A program made the position numbers and the translations under genes. Under the pieces are notes generated by a model. The model made no database searches. It worked only from the letters and a program-made list of their open reading frames with translations, and was not told the origin of the DNA. DNA of 64,000 nt from Azolla caroliniana (lineage: Eukaryota; Plantae; Polypodiophyta), in NCBI GenBank assembly GCA_043228905.1, contig JBHGNT010000015.1, positions 6,262,001-6,326,000 on the forward strand. The letters are read 5' to 3'. This document shows positions 1-12,677 of the stretch, one piece after another (the first letter of the stretch is position 1; every line of letters begins with the position of its first letter).

Positions 1-2813
1 AATATACCATAGAACATTTCTAGAATATACTAAACACTAGAATATTCTATATGCTAGACTATACAATATTAACCATATACTTTATATATAACTTAAGGGT
101 TTCCAAATGATTTATCTAATACTAAGTGTTGGATGTGTTATAGGTTAGAGGTTCGAGTCTATGGCACATTTCCTATTTTGGCATTAGATTCTGTTTTCCC
201 TTTTTATCATCATATTTTTTGTCTTACATTTTCCCCACTCCTAGCATTAGATTCTGATTCACTACCAAAGTTTTTTGATGGTCCAGTACATCCTATCGAT
301 GTTGGACTTAGTTGTCCAACCTTATTTCCATTTCCATGGCAATCGCTTTCATTTTTCAGATTTATTTCTGCCTTCATTTTCATTGTCTTCATCAGTTTCT
401 GCATTCTGTTTTGGGCTGTACCAACTACCCAACTCATCAAATATCACATCATGGCTTACTACAATCTTTTTTATCAAAGGGTTATAACATCTAAACCCTT
501 TTTGCTCCTCTAAATATCCCACAAAAACACATTTTTAAGCTTTTGGATCAAGCTTACTTCTTACTTCAACAGGTACATGAACATAAGCAAGACATCCAAA
601 CACTTTTAAGTGTTCTCGACTAGGTTTCCTGCCATAGAAACATTCTTCAGGAGTTACTACATGTACTCCAGATGTTATGCATCTATTTAGAATACAGTTT
701 GTTATATTTACAGCTTCAGCCTAGTAATACAATGAGTTTTTTTTTGTCATCAAAGCTCTTGCTATGTTTACCAATGTTCTGTTTTTTCTCTCAACCACTC
801 CATTTTGATGTGGAGTATATCCACAAGTGAATTGTCTCCTTATTCCTTGATTGCATAGAAAATCAACGAATTCATTGGAGAAGTATTCTCCTCCTCCATC
901 ATACCTTAAACATTTTGTTCTAGTTCTGACATGTTTTCTACCATGCATTTGAACTTATGAAAACACTCAAATACTTCAGTCTTCTCTTTCATGAATTAAA
1001 CCCATGTTTTCCTTGAGCAATCATCTATGAATGTTACATAAAACCTGCAACCACCAATTGATGCATTTTTTGTAGGTCCCCATACATCTGTATGTACCAA
1101 ATCCAACAGTTTTTTGCTTATATGTCTTTCATGAGGGAAAGGCAACCTATTTTGCTTTCCATATTGACATGCTTCACATATTTTGCTCATCTCACAGTCT
1201 TTCAACTTTGGTAGTCCAGACTACATTTTTTCTCGACATATTTTGCAAAGTTTGCATACTTATATGTCCGATTCGTTTATGCCACATTTCTACATCTAAG
1301 ATTACATTCAATCCTCCTGCAAAGATGGCTATAGTCATTGTAGGCATATCCACATCTAAAACAAACATTCTTCCTTGGCGTTTTCCTTTTGCAATTAGCT
1401 TTCCATGTTTCTCTATAAAGCACCCACTTTTCTTAAACTTTACTTGCATTCCTTGCTCTAGTAACTTTCCAACAGAAATAAGATTTTTTGCAAGATTTGG
1501 AACATACATAACATTCAACATATACTTTGTTTTTCCTCTTTATTCCCACAATGAAATATATCCTACATGTTCGATTGTATTATTGTTGTCACCTGTTTGT
1601 GCATAACCAGGAATCTCTGGTTCTCTTAAACTTTCAAACCAATTTGCATGTCACGTCATATGATTAGATGCCCTAAAATCTACATACCACATATAATCTT
1701 CATTACATTTCGGTGAAATTTCAGCCATCGTTGTTGTTTCATGTTGCATCACAAAAGCACTCTCTTTGTCACAGTTTTCACTAGTTCAAGCATAATTATT
1801 TTGTTGTCTCTTCCTTCTTTTTGCATCATTTTGCTTTTTATAGCATTCAACCTGTGTATGGCTTGGTTTTCCACAATACCAACAACCATCATTACTCAAA
1901 TAAGTTTGCTTACCTCTACCTCGATTGCCCCCTTGCCTCTCATGTTATTTCTTCCACTTATAGCTTGTTGTCCTCTTCCTTGATAATTATTATTAGTTCT
2001 AGTTGAACCAAATCTGCCACGCCCTCTTCATCGGCCTCTTCTAGCACTATTGTAGAGAGCTTGCCCCTCAATTTCAGAGTTTCCCTTGTTTGTGTCTTCA
2101 ATAAAATTTCTTTCTTCCACTACTAGCATTGAAACCAATCTACAAAACTTGGGATGGTATCCCTTGTGAGAATGGATGTTTTGAAGCTTTTATATTGAGG
2201 TCCGAAGCCCCTTAAGCATACTTCTACTTTATTATCATCTTCTACCTTCACATTAATAGAAGCAAGTGACTCACATATGATCTTTATTTTCAGAGCATGA
2301 GTCATTAACTAATATTTTACCTTTTTCCAATGTATTTAGTTCAGTTTTCAACTGAAGTTTTCTTGCCTTTATATTTACGGCAAACAGTTTCACCAAACTG
2401 TCCCAAGCATCCTTTGGGAGTAGAGCATCTTGTATATGTCCAAGCATCGAATCTAAGATGCTAAATGATAGCCAATGCAACACTGTTCTTGCCCCCTGAT
2501 TCCACTCTTTAAATGCTTTGATTTGTGCAGTAGTTGCGTTTTCTTCAGGGATCTCTGGAGCCTCTTCTAGGTCTCCTTCAATGTACTCCCAATACCCTTT
2601 TCCCATAAGGAAATTTGTCATTCTAAATTTCCACACAGGGAAAATGTTTTTATCCAGTTTTTCTATGACTATTTGGCTTCCATTTTCAGCAGCCATCTCT
2701 CTTTCAATTGTGGGTTTTAGCTACAATTACGCTCAATAAACAACTCTTTGATTTAGATCAGCGAACAGAGAATTTTTCTCAGATCTGTACTATTCTCTTT
2801 TAAGAAAAACTGT

Positions 2814-2825
2814 GCTATGATACCA
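2814..2825 (-). promoter_or_regulatory. Primer-binding site, initiator tRNA-Met type
   Basis: Minus strand reads TGGTATCATAGC immediately after LTR ...CTTAACA (consensus TGGTATCAGAGC, one mismatch). Confidence 0.85.
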
Positions 2826-3072
2826 TGTTAAGAAGGTGCTACGACTCTTCTTAGTGCAACAACGGACACATCATGTGCAAGATTGTTTAGGTTTCAAGAG
2901 AGAAGGAAGGGGGAAAGGAGACTCACCTCTGTAGTAGCCCAAAAACTTTTAGTTTCATTACACAGAAAAACCTCTCTCGTCTGTCTACTTACTTCTCTAC
3001 TCACTCTCACTTTTTACCTAAGTATATAGTGACTTACATATTTAGCTAAATAGCTGTGAGTAGCTAAATAAC

Positions 3073-3121
3073 TGTTTTACCTATATGTCTAATAGTAGCT
3101 ATTAGACATATAGGTAAAACA
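3073..3121. repeat. Perfect inverted repeat, 23-bp arms, 3-nt loop
   Basis: TGTTTTACCTATATGTCTAATAG-TAG-CTATTAGACATATAGGTAAAACA. Confidence 0.95.
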
Positions 3122-3823
3122 TATACGAAAGATCTCAGTTACCAATAAGCATCACATTGCTTTTGTTGAGCTTGTTTCTTAACATCATGAATGACTTAAG
3201 GTGGTCCAATCGATTATGGTCTCTATCCAGGTGTCTTATTATCTTCCTTTGGTACCATGGTCGAATAAAGCTCTTGAAATGGTGTCACACTCAATGCGAA
3301 TGTTATTATGGAAAAGAAAAGGGAAAAGTGCATTTAGTAGGCATTGATTTCTTTCATGCCTGATGGCAAGGATGGTTTGGAGGTGTATCAGTTTAGTGTG
3401 GATGTCTCTAATTGGAGTAAGTATATCTTCCTTCAATTGGGTTTTTGCACATATGGAGAACAATGAACCGATGCCTCATTTCCAAATTATTTTTGATTTC
3501 TTGAGCTTGGGGGCTATGGTTCAATTGGAATATGCGGAATGCCTTCACTTTTGATTTGCAAGTTGGGGTTAAAAAATATGTTCTAAAGTTAAAAGGACTT
3601 CTTTTGTGGCAATTGACAGTGCTAGAGAAGTCACGAAATCTCAAGCATGAAGAGAGAGAACTCTGCAAGGTCACATCATCATATTCACCATTTGAATTGG
3701 TGTGTAGGGTGGCATTGAGTTTGGAGTCATAGTAGTCTTTAGATCCCTAGATAGAAGGGTTCTATACTTTGTAGTAAGTTAGTCATGGTGGTGTTTTTTC
3801 TTTCGTAAAGAAAGCCTTTATTT

Positions 3824-3828
<5 letters not shown>

Positions 3829-3874
<46 letters not shown>
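3829..3874. repeat. (GA)n microsatellite
   Basis: Uninterrupted GA run. Confidence 0.98.
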
Positions 3875-3877
<3 letters not shown>

Positions 3878-5060
3878 TAATTAAGTAAGAGATTAAGGTG
3901 CTTTTGTGTTATGAAAGAGGGGAGTGAGACAGACAGAGAAAAAGAAAGAAAGAAAGAAACCTTATCGTCTTCTAATAGTAAAATTGGGAGAGAATGTCAT
4001 AAATTGTCAACATCAAGATTAGCTTTGAACCTAAAACCTTCAAACAAAGATCCTAAACTCTAACCATCGCATCATCCTACCTCAATTAAGTATTATAATA
4101 ATTGTTTATGCTTATTAGGCACTATGTGGATGATTACCAAGTGACGATCATGCGTGATGCCATGTATGTTATATAAGTGGAAGATCTGCTTAATGTTGAA
4201 CCATTTCGGTTCAACACCAGTCTTCAACACCCTTGTCATCTTGGTCTCCGGATAATACAAATTATTGTCTTCTTGTTCTGTTATTACCTTCTTGTTTTGT
4301 TGTTACCTTATTTTCTTCGAAATTGACATTGTCTTCAAAGCTTTGGTCATGACAGTTTGAACCAGAATACACCATTTTTTCCCAAGTATCTAGCCAAATC
4401 TTGATATCACAATGGAGACCACTTGTAAAGAAGAGTATATGTGCACTCTATTAGAGCTTCACCACCTAATGAAAAAATTTGTCGTATTGGAACAAGAATA
4501 TAGTGTATTGGCAACTAGCAACAAGTGAGTGTCGAAAAGGCTCAACAACATGAGGAACTCTCTAAATGTGTCCAACAACTTGAAGTAGTTGTGTTATGTT
4601 TCCAACAACAAGGTTCAACCTCTTAGCTAAAGTCAATAAACCAAGAACTCTCGTGAGTGGCCCTTAGTCCAAATTTTTTGATGTTTTAAGCCAATTGGAT
4701 GATCCATTAAATGAGTAAGTCCAACCAAAATTGGAGCCATTTGGTTGGATCAACCAAAGCATGTAGATTCATTTGTTTCGAGCACAAGTTCCATTTTGTT
4801 GAACCGAATCATTAATGTTTTGGTGACACAAGTTCAACTCAGCACATCAAGATGTCATCGAGTTCTTACATCTGCACTCTTGGATTAGGAGCCAACTCAT
4901 GTTTCATGTATCGGAATTTTGCCACAACACAAAAAATTCTAATGTATAAGCTCCCTTGTCTAAAATCTATAACTGTAATTGAAGGACATTGTCGAAAAAA
5001 ATCCACCAATGAGTGTGGATCGTGAGGCAAAATTGCTGGGGTTCTAGATTGGAAGGAATC

Positions 5061-5350
5061 CAAGTCACAAGATAAGTGAACACACGAGAGGAAGGGTTAA
5101 ACAAAAGGCATGAATGTTCGAATGCCTTTGTGAAAAGGAGAAGTGCATGGACGAGCCCGAAAGTCACAAGACGAACGAACACACGAGTGGAAGGCTTACA
5201 CACAAGGCACACATGTTTGAACGCCTTTGTGAAAAGGAGAGATGCATGGGTAAGCCCAAATCAACCCCAAGTCACAAGACGAACGAACACACGAGAAGTA
5301 GGCTTACACACAAGACACAAATGTTCGAACGCCTTTGTGAAAAGGAGAGG
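5061..5350. repeat. Tandem repeat, 3 copies of ~100-108 bp
   Basis: Units begin AAGTCACAAG at ~5062, 5161, 5269 and share GCCTTTGTGAAAAGGAGA. Confidence 0.9.
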
Positions 5351-6889
5351 TGTTGTCGTGCCTTTTGGTGCTAGATCGTTGCGTGAGTTGGGTGGAAACC
5401 GCCGAGGTTTTGGACTAGGAGAAGGAAGAATTTAAAGCACATAAGATTGTGAATAGATTGAAAGAGAGAGATAAGAAAATCATGAATCCCACAAGTATAG
5501 TGTATTAGATTAATCAATATTTACCACCAAAATCCCCCCAATTACATTTTACTCCCATCCTTATATAGTGATGGGAGAGGCTAAGAATAACTTAGCACAT
5601 AGCAATCCATGTTTTTTCTAACTATAAACATTATGTTTTTTCTTCTAACTAAAGTGTTCATGATAGTACGTAAAATTCGTGTTCGTCTGCCATATCATTC
5701 GTTTTCCTACGTTGGAAAACAAACACAAATATTATTCAAACATTCGTGTGTTTTATTTTTTTTACCTTTTTTTAAAAAGGTTTCCCCCCTCTTTTTTCCC
5801 CTTTTCCTTTGCACATCAACACTACGGTCTCCTCTCCTCTCCCATCTAGCGTTGAATGATATGTTGCTTGAGCCTTGAGCCTGCATAATGCTGCCACACT
5901 AGTGAGTCAGTGACTACACATCTTCTCCCGACCATTAATTTTTGCATAGCAAGTTTCCCTCCTCTCACATTCAGGTATGTTTAAGGTTAGTAATAAGGTT
6001 TAAAGTTCTTTAAACTTTAGGTCATAGTATGTAGTATGTACTATGGAGTATGTGATATGTAATATAGAAATTTTTGTAATTTTTTTGTAATTTTTGTAAT
6101 TGTTTTGTAATTTTAGTAATTTTTCTATAATTTCTTTGTTATTTCTGTAATTTCTTTGTCATTTCTTTGTTATTTTTGTATTTTTTTGTAATTGCTCTAA
6201 AATTTCTATAATTTTACTATAGTTTCTTTAATTTCTATCATTTTGAAGTAATTCCTTTAATTTCTATACACACATACTAAGCTATGTCGTACAAAATTTA
6301 TATGCACAAAATTTACAATAAATAGATTTTGATATTTACGTTGTCGAGCCCTTCGGCTCCGGATCGTTGCGTGAGTCGGGTAGGAACCGCCGAGGTTTTG
6401 GACTAGGAGAAAGAAAAATACAAATAAGGCTAGTAAAGAATAGGTATAAAGAGTTATAAGATAAGAATCTCGTGAATCCCACGAGTTTAGTATATTTAGT
6501 CAATATTTAGGTAGTAAGAGAGAATTATTTTAGCAAATTCGTGAATCCCACGAATATTTTAAATTGATTGATCATTATAGAAAAATAATCAACAAAAACT
6601 ACAATGTGCTCCCCATCCTTATATAGTGATGGGAGAGACTAAGCATAGCTACATGCTTTTTCTCATATGTTCATGCACACTAAATGTGCATGTGATGCTT
6701 TTCTAATCCTTGCTTTTATTTGCTAAATATAGTGCTCATGCACGCTAGATGTGCATGAGTCACTTTTTTGTTGCTTGCGTTTTTCTATAAAATATTCACG
6801 CACTCTAAAAAATGCACGATTTACCTTTTAATAAAGGTAGGCGCAAATAAAGCACGTATAGTTATTAAATCTATTTATAGAACACTAAA

Positions 6890-6960
6890 GATAAGGTAGT
6901 ATAATGGTAAAGTTGAGGTTTGGCTACGTGGAGGTACAAGGTTCAAATCTTGCCCTATGC
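6890..6960 (+). other. tRNA-like cassette (A box/B box) inside LTR of element B; second copy 8768-8838
   Basis: GGTAG(T/C)ATAATGGTAA ... GAGGTACAAGGTTCAAATCTTG with tRNA-like spacing; partial acceptor pairing ATAAGG/CCCTAT; no clean anticodon arm. Confidence 0.6.
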
Positions 6961-7051
6961 ACGTGATAAATATCTTGATATTCTTATTTTATTTATTGGT
7001 GATAAATATCTTAATATTCTTATTTTATTTATTTATATGTAATTAAATCGG

Positions 7052-8757
7052 TTATATTATTTTTACCTTTTCACGTAGTGTACGAAATACACTACGACAC
7101 TCGCCCCCTCCGAACCCGCACATCCTCCGGTATGTGCCGAAGTTGCCGATGCTCGTTGTCTCCCCTTCATCCTCCATTTGTCCCTCTATGTCAACTTTGT
7201 CTCTCCATTTTGAGTAGGCCCATTCTTTCCACCCGAACCATTGTCGCCATCCGATCCACCATATTCTTTGTTCTCTCTCGTCATATTCTTGGCCCTTGTC
7301 ATTCGTGGTAGTGTCTTTTACTGGCCTCTTTCTTGTCTTCATCAACCTTGACTTTTTTCCGGATCGCTCTCGTCCGATCAACTTTCGGTTTGATCGGCTT
7401 CCGATCGGATTCGTATTCGGCCGAATCGGAATCGGTTGTTCGGTTTCGATTGAGTCGGTCTCCTTCCGGCCCGGTTTCGATCTATCGGTTTCGGTTTCGG
7501 TTGGCTTTCTTTTCCTCATTTTCACCAGCCTCGACCGGTCCAACCTCCGATTGAGTCGGATTAGCTTCTTTCCGGATCGGTCTCGTCCGATCGGCTTTTG
7601 GCTAGGTCGGCTGCCATCCATATTCGCGTTTGGCCAAGTCAGACTCGGTCGATCGGTTTTGACCGAGTCGACCCCTTTTCGGGTCGGCTTTCTTTCGGGT
7701 CGTCTTTCGGCCGAATCCTCATTCGCCCGGTTCGGCTTTCGTTTGTGTCGTCTTTCGGCCGAATTCTCTTCCTTTCGGTTCGGCTTTCTTTCGGGTCGAC
7801 TTTCGGTCGAATCCTCTTTTACCCGGTTCGGCTTTCTTTCGGATCGGAATCCCGTCCGGATCACCTTCCATCCTAACTGGCTTCCGACTTTACCTTTCTT
7901 GCCGCCACCTCCCGTCTCTCCGGTCTCACGTTGGTTCTCGGACACAACCGCCGAAGTCTCTAGAATTAGTGGGTAGGAATCCTCGGTATTATCACCCTCC
8001 ATTGTTTCACCCATAGCCATATTCTCGGCTATCTCTCCGTTGTATGCATCGACTTCGACCTTTGTTTTCTCTCCGCCACCTTCCGTCTCTTCGGTCTCAC
8101 GTTGCCTTTCGAACGCAACCGCCGGAGTCTCTAGAATTAGTGGTGGGGAAGTCTCGATATGGCCATCCGTCGTTGATTCGTCCATAGCCACCTTCGATTC
8201 GATGTCATCTTTCATGGTGACCTCCTCAATCAAGTCCTCCTTGCTCTCTTTCACTGCATCAATTATGCAAACATCAATTATGCTTACCCCTTTTTCACCC
8301 GATGTTTCGGACACTTGTATCCCGAAATCTTCTTCTACACTTGGGTTATCGGCCTTATCCTTTGTCATTGTTCTTTCGCAAGACAAGAGGGTAGCTTGTT
8401 TTACACCCTCTTCCGTCGGACCATCATGTTGTATTTCGGCCTTCATATCGGCTCCATCGTTTGTCTTCAATCGACCATCCTTCATCGGCCATGTCGTTGA
8501 CAAGATTCTCATCTTCCTCTCATCATGTCTCCGGCATACCCTTTGGACTTCGGCCCAATCTTCGGTAAGACCATTCGTACCTTCATCGTCTTCGAGTTCG
8601 ATCCCGATGTCCATCCTTTCTTTTCGATCGATCGATTTTACGAACATTCGGACTTTATCTTCTCCCACCAATCGTTGTTCCCGCTCCGAGAGTCGAGCAA
8701 AACGATGCTCGAACTCTAGGAATGCTTGTGTTGCACTTCGGTGGGTCTTCTCCGATG
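7052..8757 (-). CDS. Gag C-terminal part fused to acidic then basic repeat-rich extension (5' end deleted)
   Basis: Open frame of ~570 codons. EFEHRFARLS...FVKSID...LTEDWAEVQRVC matches gag of 43409/59209. Contains PLILETxAV...GGGxK and RPERKPNRxxEDSxE repeats. Confidence 0.75.
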
Positions 8758-9002
8758 CCACACTAAAGATAAGGTAGCATAATGGTAAAGTTGAGGTTTG
8801 GCTACGTGGAGGTACAAGGTTCAAATCTTGCCCTATGCACGTGATAAATATCTTGATATTCTTATTTTATTTATTGGTGATAAATATCTTAATATTCTTA
8901 TTTTATTTATTTATATGTAATTAAATCGGTTATATTATTTTTACTTTTTCACGTAGTGTACGAAATACACTACGACAACGTTTTACATTAATTTAGGAAC
9001 TA

Positions 9003-11081
9003 ATGGGTAGACAAAAGGGTCTAGAGTGGGAACATGTTCTAATTCAAGTAAAGAATGCAAAAGGAATGCATTTGATGAAATGCAAATATTGCAATTATGT
9101 CTTTGTTGGTGGCCCTCATCGAATTAGGGCCCATATATTAGGAATAAGAGGACAAGGTGTAGAAAAATGCACAAAAGCAAGTGATATTGTGAAGAGTCAA
9201 TTAAGAAATGCAATGGTTCATGGAAATGATCACTTGAATTCAGATGTACAAACAAATGCAAATGGTAATATTGTTGTTAATGCTGATGCAAATGCATCTA
9301 TTTCTAGTTCTATTTCGATGAATAAAATGGCAACTAAAAAGCAGAAAATACAGACAAGTGGTTCACTACCAATGTCTTTTGAATTGGCATTGAGGAAACA
9401 GGCAGAAGAGGTTGTTGCATGACTTTTTTATGTGGAAGATATTGCACATCGGAAAGTGGAAAGTTCATTTTTCCATGATATGGTTATGGTTGTTGCAAAA
9501 GTGGGTCCTTCATTTAAGGCACCTTCTGCTTATCAATTGCGTAAGAAATATCTTAGTGGAGAAGTTTTAAATGTTGAGCATGATCTTATATTGTTGAAGG
9601 AGAGTTGGAAGACATATGGATGCACTATTGTTAGTGATGGTTGGTCAGACACTAGAAATAGACCAATTATTAATGTTTTAGCTTCTTCACTACATGGCAC
9701 AATGTTTTTGAAATAAATAGATACAAGTGGTCATGTCAAGACAGGGGAATACATATTTAAAATTTTGAAGGATGCTATTCTTGAAGTTGGACCATCAAAT
9801 GTAGTTCTAGTTTGTATGGATAATACTGCAAATTGTGTGGCTGCGGGACATATGATAGAAAAGGGGTGGCCATCTATAATTTACACTAGATGCACTTGCC
9901 ATTGTGTTGATTTGTTGTTGGAGGATATTGCCAAATATGCTTGGATTGATGCCATTTTGCGATCAACTATGAAGATTAGTGGTTTCATAACTTAGTCTAG
10001 AAAACAATATGCTTTGGTCATGCTTCACAAGTTTAGTGGGAAAGACTTGCTTAAACCTTTTACGACTAGGTTTTCTTACAGTTTTATTGTGTTATTGAAT
10101 TTGTTGGATGATAAAGTATATGGTGGTTTGAGAAGAATGGTGGTTAGTGAACAATGGTGTAGTTGGAATGATGCTAAAACAAAGAAAACAGAGGAGATGG
10201 TTTCAATTGTATTGGATGCTAACTTTTGGGCAGATGTAAAGATGATTGTGAAGGTGTGCAAACCAATTTTAAAGCTTCTTCGTTTGATTGATAGGGAAGG
10301 TGCTACAATGGGATTGATTGATCAATTTAAACAACAAACGTTGATGGATATAAACAATATGAAAGAAATTGATCCTATTAAGCTTCATGAGATAAAAGAG
10401 TGTTGCATACATAGACTAACAATGTTGGAATCTCCATTGCATGCAACTGGATATGTCTTGCATCCATTATGGACAGAAAATGGTCAAGAAATAGATCATC
10501 ATCTACAAATGGGCTGGATGAAAACAATCATGCTTTATGCTAGTAGTAATATAGTTTAACAAAATGCTTTGTTAGATGATTTTTATGCATATAGAAAACA
10601 AGTAGTAGATTTGTTTCAAGTTCCATTTACAAAGGATTCTAATAGATTAAGCACACCAATCAAATGTTGGGGAACTTTTGGAGCAAGCACTCCCAATTTG
10701 ATGAAACTTGCAATTAGAGTGTTATCTCAAGGTACAAGTGCATCGTCTTGTGAAAGGAATTGGAGTACATTTTCATTAATACATACTAAAAGGGGAAATA
10801 GATTGAGTCCAAATCATGTGTAGAAATTGGTTTTCTTGAACACAAATCTTCATATTCTTAAGAAGATTAAAGAAAGAGGTTTCAATCCTATTGAGGTTAC
10901 TATTGACATGGTTGAGAAAGAAAATGATGAAGAACGGTTATTGGTGCTGCAAAGTGAATAAGAAGCGCAAGAAGTTGATGAAAATGAGAGCTTCACCAAT
11001 GTGATGGCTTATTTTGATGATAATGCACAAGATGAGGATGATGATTTTGAAGATGATGATATTACCTTGAATGAAGATTAG
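9003..11081 (+). pseudogene. hAT transposase (BED zinc finger, DUF659 core, C-terminal dimerisation domain), multiple stops
   Basis: WEH...CKYC...GGPHRIRAH; GCTIVSDGWSD; CTCHCVDLLLEDI; TTRF; PLHATGYVLHP; SASSCERNWSTFSLIHTKRGNRL. Putative 5' UTR intron from CAG|GT ~5975 to AG 8997. Confidence 0.93.
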
Positions 11082-11351
11082 GAATGTTCGTTTTGATGTA
11101 ACACCTCATTGAGAATTTTTTTGAAGATTAGACATTTTGGATATTTGTTACTATAATTTACAAAAAAAGCATATTGTTATTAAGAAGGTAATGTGTTTTT
11201 TGCCATTTTCTTAGTTTTTTTACCTTGAAAAAATATTTATCTTATAATAAATAATTTATCCAAAAGTATGGTATTTACCATTCTTCGAGGGTGTTTACCA
11301 TTATCGAATGATTAAAACATTCTTGAACGTGAATGCATGTATGGTTCATAC

Positions 11352-11988
11352 CATAGATTGACATATTCGCATTCGTGGGGTTTCCCATTCGAATGCAAAC
11401 GAATACGAATACGAATGGGTAGTCAAGTATTCGTTTTATACCCCCCCCCCAAAAAAAAACCTTCTTTTTTTAAAAATTTCCTAAGATAAAAGAAAAGGAA
11501 CTTAACAATAAATAGGGGTAATAAAAGAGGGACTTTGGGGACTTGACACTACTAAAATTTTATAATAAATGTATAGTCGTTTTATTTTTAATAAATAAAT
11601 AAAATAAAATAAAGGCTCATTAATTTCTCACTTTTTATTTCCTCAAAATTTATGGATATTTTTATCTTGACATTAAAAATGGTACTTCAAACCAATTATA
11701 TCTTCAAAGTTTATACTAATCATATTTGTATAATAAATATAAAAATATTCTTTTTAAAAAAATTAATTAATTAAAATAAGTTTCATAAACTCTCTTGACA
11801 CTATAATCTATTAATGAATAATTTTTTTTTTTGGTGAAATACATTTATTTAAATAAATAAATAATTTTTTATATTTATTTTACAAAACGAATGGTTTTTT
11901 AATATTCTTGGGGCCATTTTGTATTCTCGAATATGGAGAATATTGCGCATGGAGAATATCACGAATATCACGCATGTGTCAATCTATG
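11352..11988. mobile_element. Non-autonomous hAT-type MITE, TIR CATAGATTGACA, 8-bp TSD GTTCATAC
   Basis: TIRs at both ends; TSD at 11344-11351 and 11989-11996; AT-rich non-coding interior. Confidence 0.9.
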
Positions 11989-12133
11989 GTTCATACTATG
12001 GTGTTCATGCACACTAGATGTGTATGAGTAGCTTTTTCTATTATGCTTTTCCTAACTATAGTGTTCATGCATGCTAGATGTGCATGAATAGCTTTTTCCT
12101 AGAAAATATGCATGAGTTTATTTTTTACCACTC

Positions 12134-12206
12134 ATGTTGTGTTAGTACAATGGTAAGGTTTGAAATTGTTAACATGGAGGTAGAGGGTTGGAATCTTGCT
12201 TTGTGC
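12134..12206 (+). other. Diverged tRNA-like cassette in LTR of element A
   Basis: TTAGTACAATGGTAAG...GGAGGTAGAGGGTTGGAATCTTG at the LTR position equivalent to 6890-6960. Confidence 0.5.
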
Positions 12207-12677
12207 ATGTAACACATATTTTAATATTTTCTTCTAATTCTTTATACTTATTCAATCGGGTACTCCGTACAGATTTCATGTAGTGTATGAAGCACACTAC
12301 GATACTCACCCCATCCGAACCTGCACATCCTCCTGTATGTGCTGAAGTTGCCCATACTTGTTATTCTCCTTCATCGGTAGCACCCTCTGTTTCTTCCCCT
12401 ATGTCGAATGTCAATTCCAACCCACTTTCTTCACTTCCCGCACCTCTATGATCCATGTCCGCTTGCTCCTCTGTGTCAGTGTTGTCTAAAGTTACATAGG
12501 GTTCAACGTCACTTCGCTTCTTGAAAATCTTCACCCACTTCCCTACTATAGGCACCTGCAATACTATAGTGTTCATGCATGCTAGATGTTCATGACTAGT
12601 TTTTTCCTAGAAAATATGCGTGAGGATAACATTTTGTACATCGAAAATCTATTCTTTTAATACTCATGATGTGTTAG

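Larger units (their letters stand above)
210..3121 (-). mobile_element. Ty1/copia LTR retrotransposon, degenerate (5' LTR from 2826, PBS, gag, protease, integrase; RT/RH not seen)
   Basis: Minus-strand ORF pieces: gag (KLDKNIFPVWKFRM, 2271-2696), GAG-pre-integrase (WHKRIGHIS, CEACQYGKQ), integrase (HTDVWGP, FIDDCSR, YTPHQNGVVERKNRTL). PBS lies next to the LTR end at 2826; the outer LTR boundary is not resolved. Confidence 0.9.
6342..8977 (-). mobile_element. Non-autonomous gag-only gypsy element B (TR-GAG-like): 3' LTR 6342-7099, truncated 5' LTR ~8760-8977, 4-bp TSD ACGT
   Basis: TG...CA ends; 8760-8977 is near-identical to 6882-7099; PPT (rc GGAGGGGGCGAG) at 7100-7111; ACGT at 6338-6341 and 8978-8981. 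Confidence 0.88.
5662..12000 (+). mobile_element. hAT DNA transposon with 8-bp TSD GTGTTCAT
   Basis: TSD at 5654-5661 and 12001-12008; imperfect TIR GATAGTACG / rc CATAGTATG; contains the hAT transposase pseudogene; removing it rejoins LTR A. Confidence 0.88.
5354..12677 (-). mobile_element. Gypsy element A (TGTCG-LTR clade), internally deleted: 3' LTR 5354-5661 + 12009-12304 split by hAT, PPT, integrase tail, partial 5' LTR 12563-12677
   Basis: LTR start is homologous to 6342 (GGAACCGCCGAGGTTTTGGACTAGGAGAA); end ...CACTACGATA is followed by a reverse-complement PPT. ORF 12361-12576 VPIVGKWVKIFKKRSDVEP matches the integrase C-terminus IPVAGKRIKAFKKRHDGEP of the 54422 ORF. Confidence 0.8.

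Noticed and set aside
147-165. B-box-like GGTTCGAGTC
   Set aside because: No convincing A box or stems at tRNA spacing.
5061-5350. CRISPR-like array or the 119-aa ORF as a gene
   Set aside because: Whole units are homologous tandem copies; the ORF arises from the repeat running into an LTR.
7296-8777. Long plus-strand ORFs (226 and 245 aa)
   Set aside because: Antisense shadows of the repeat-rich gag ORF; the same applies to shadow ORFs over 57192-58872 and 61265-63823.
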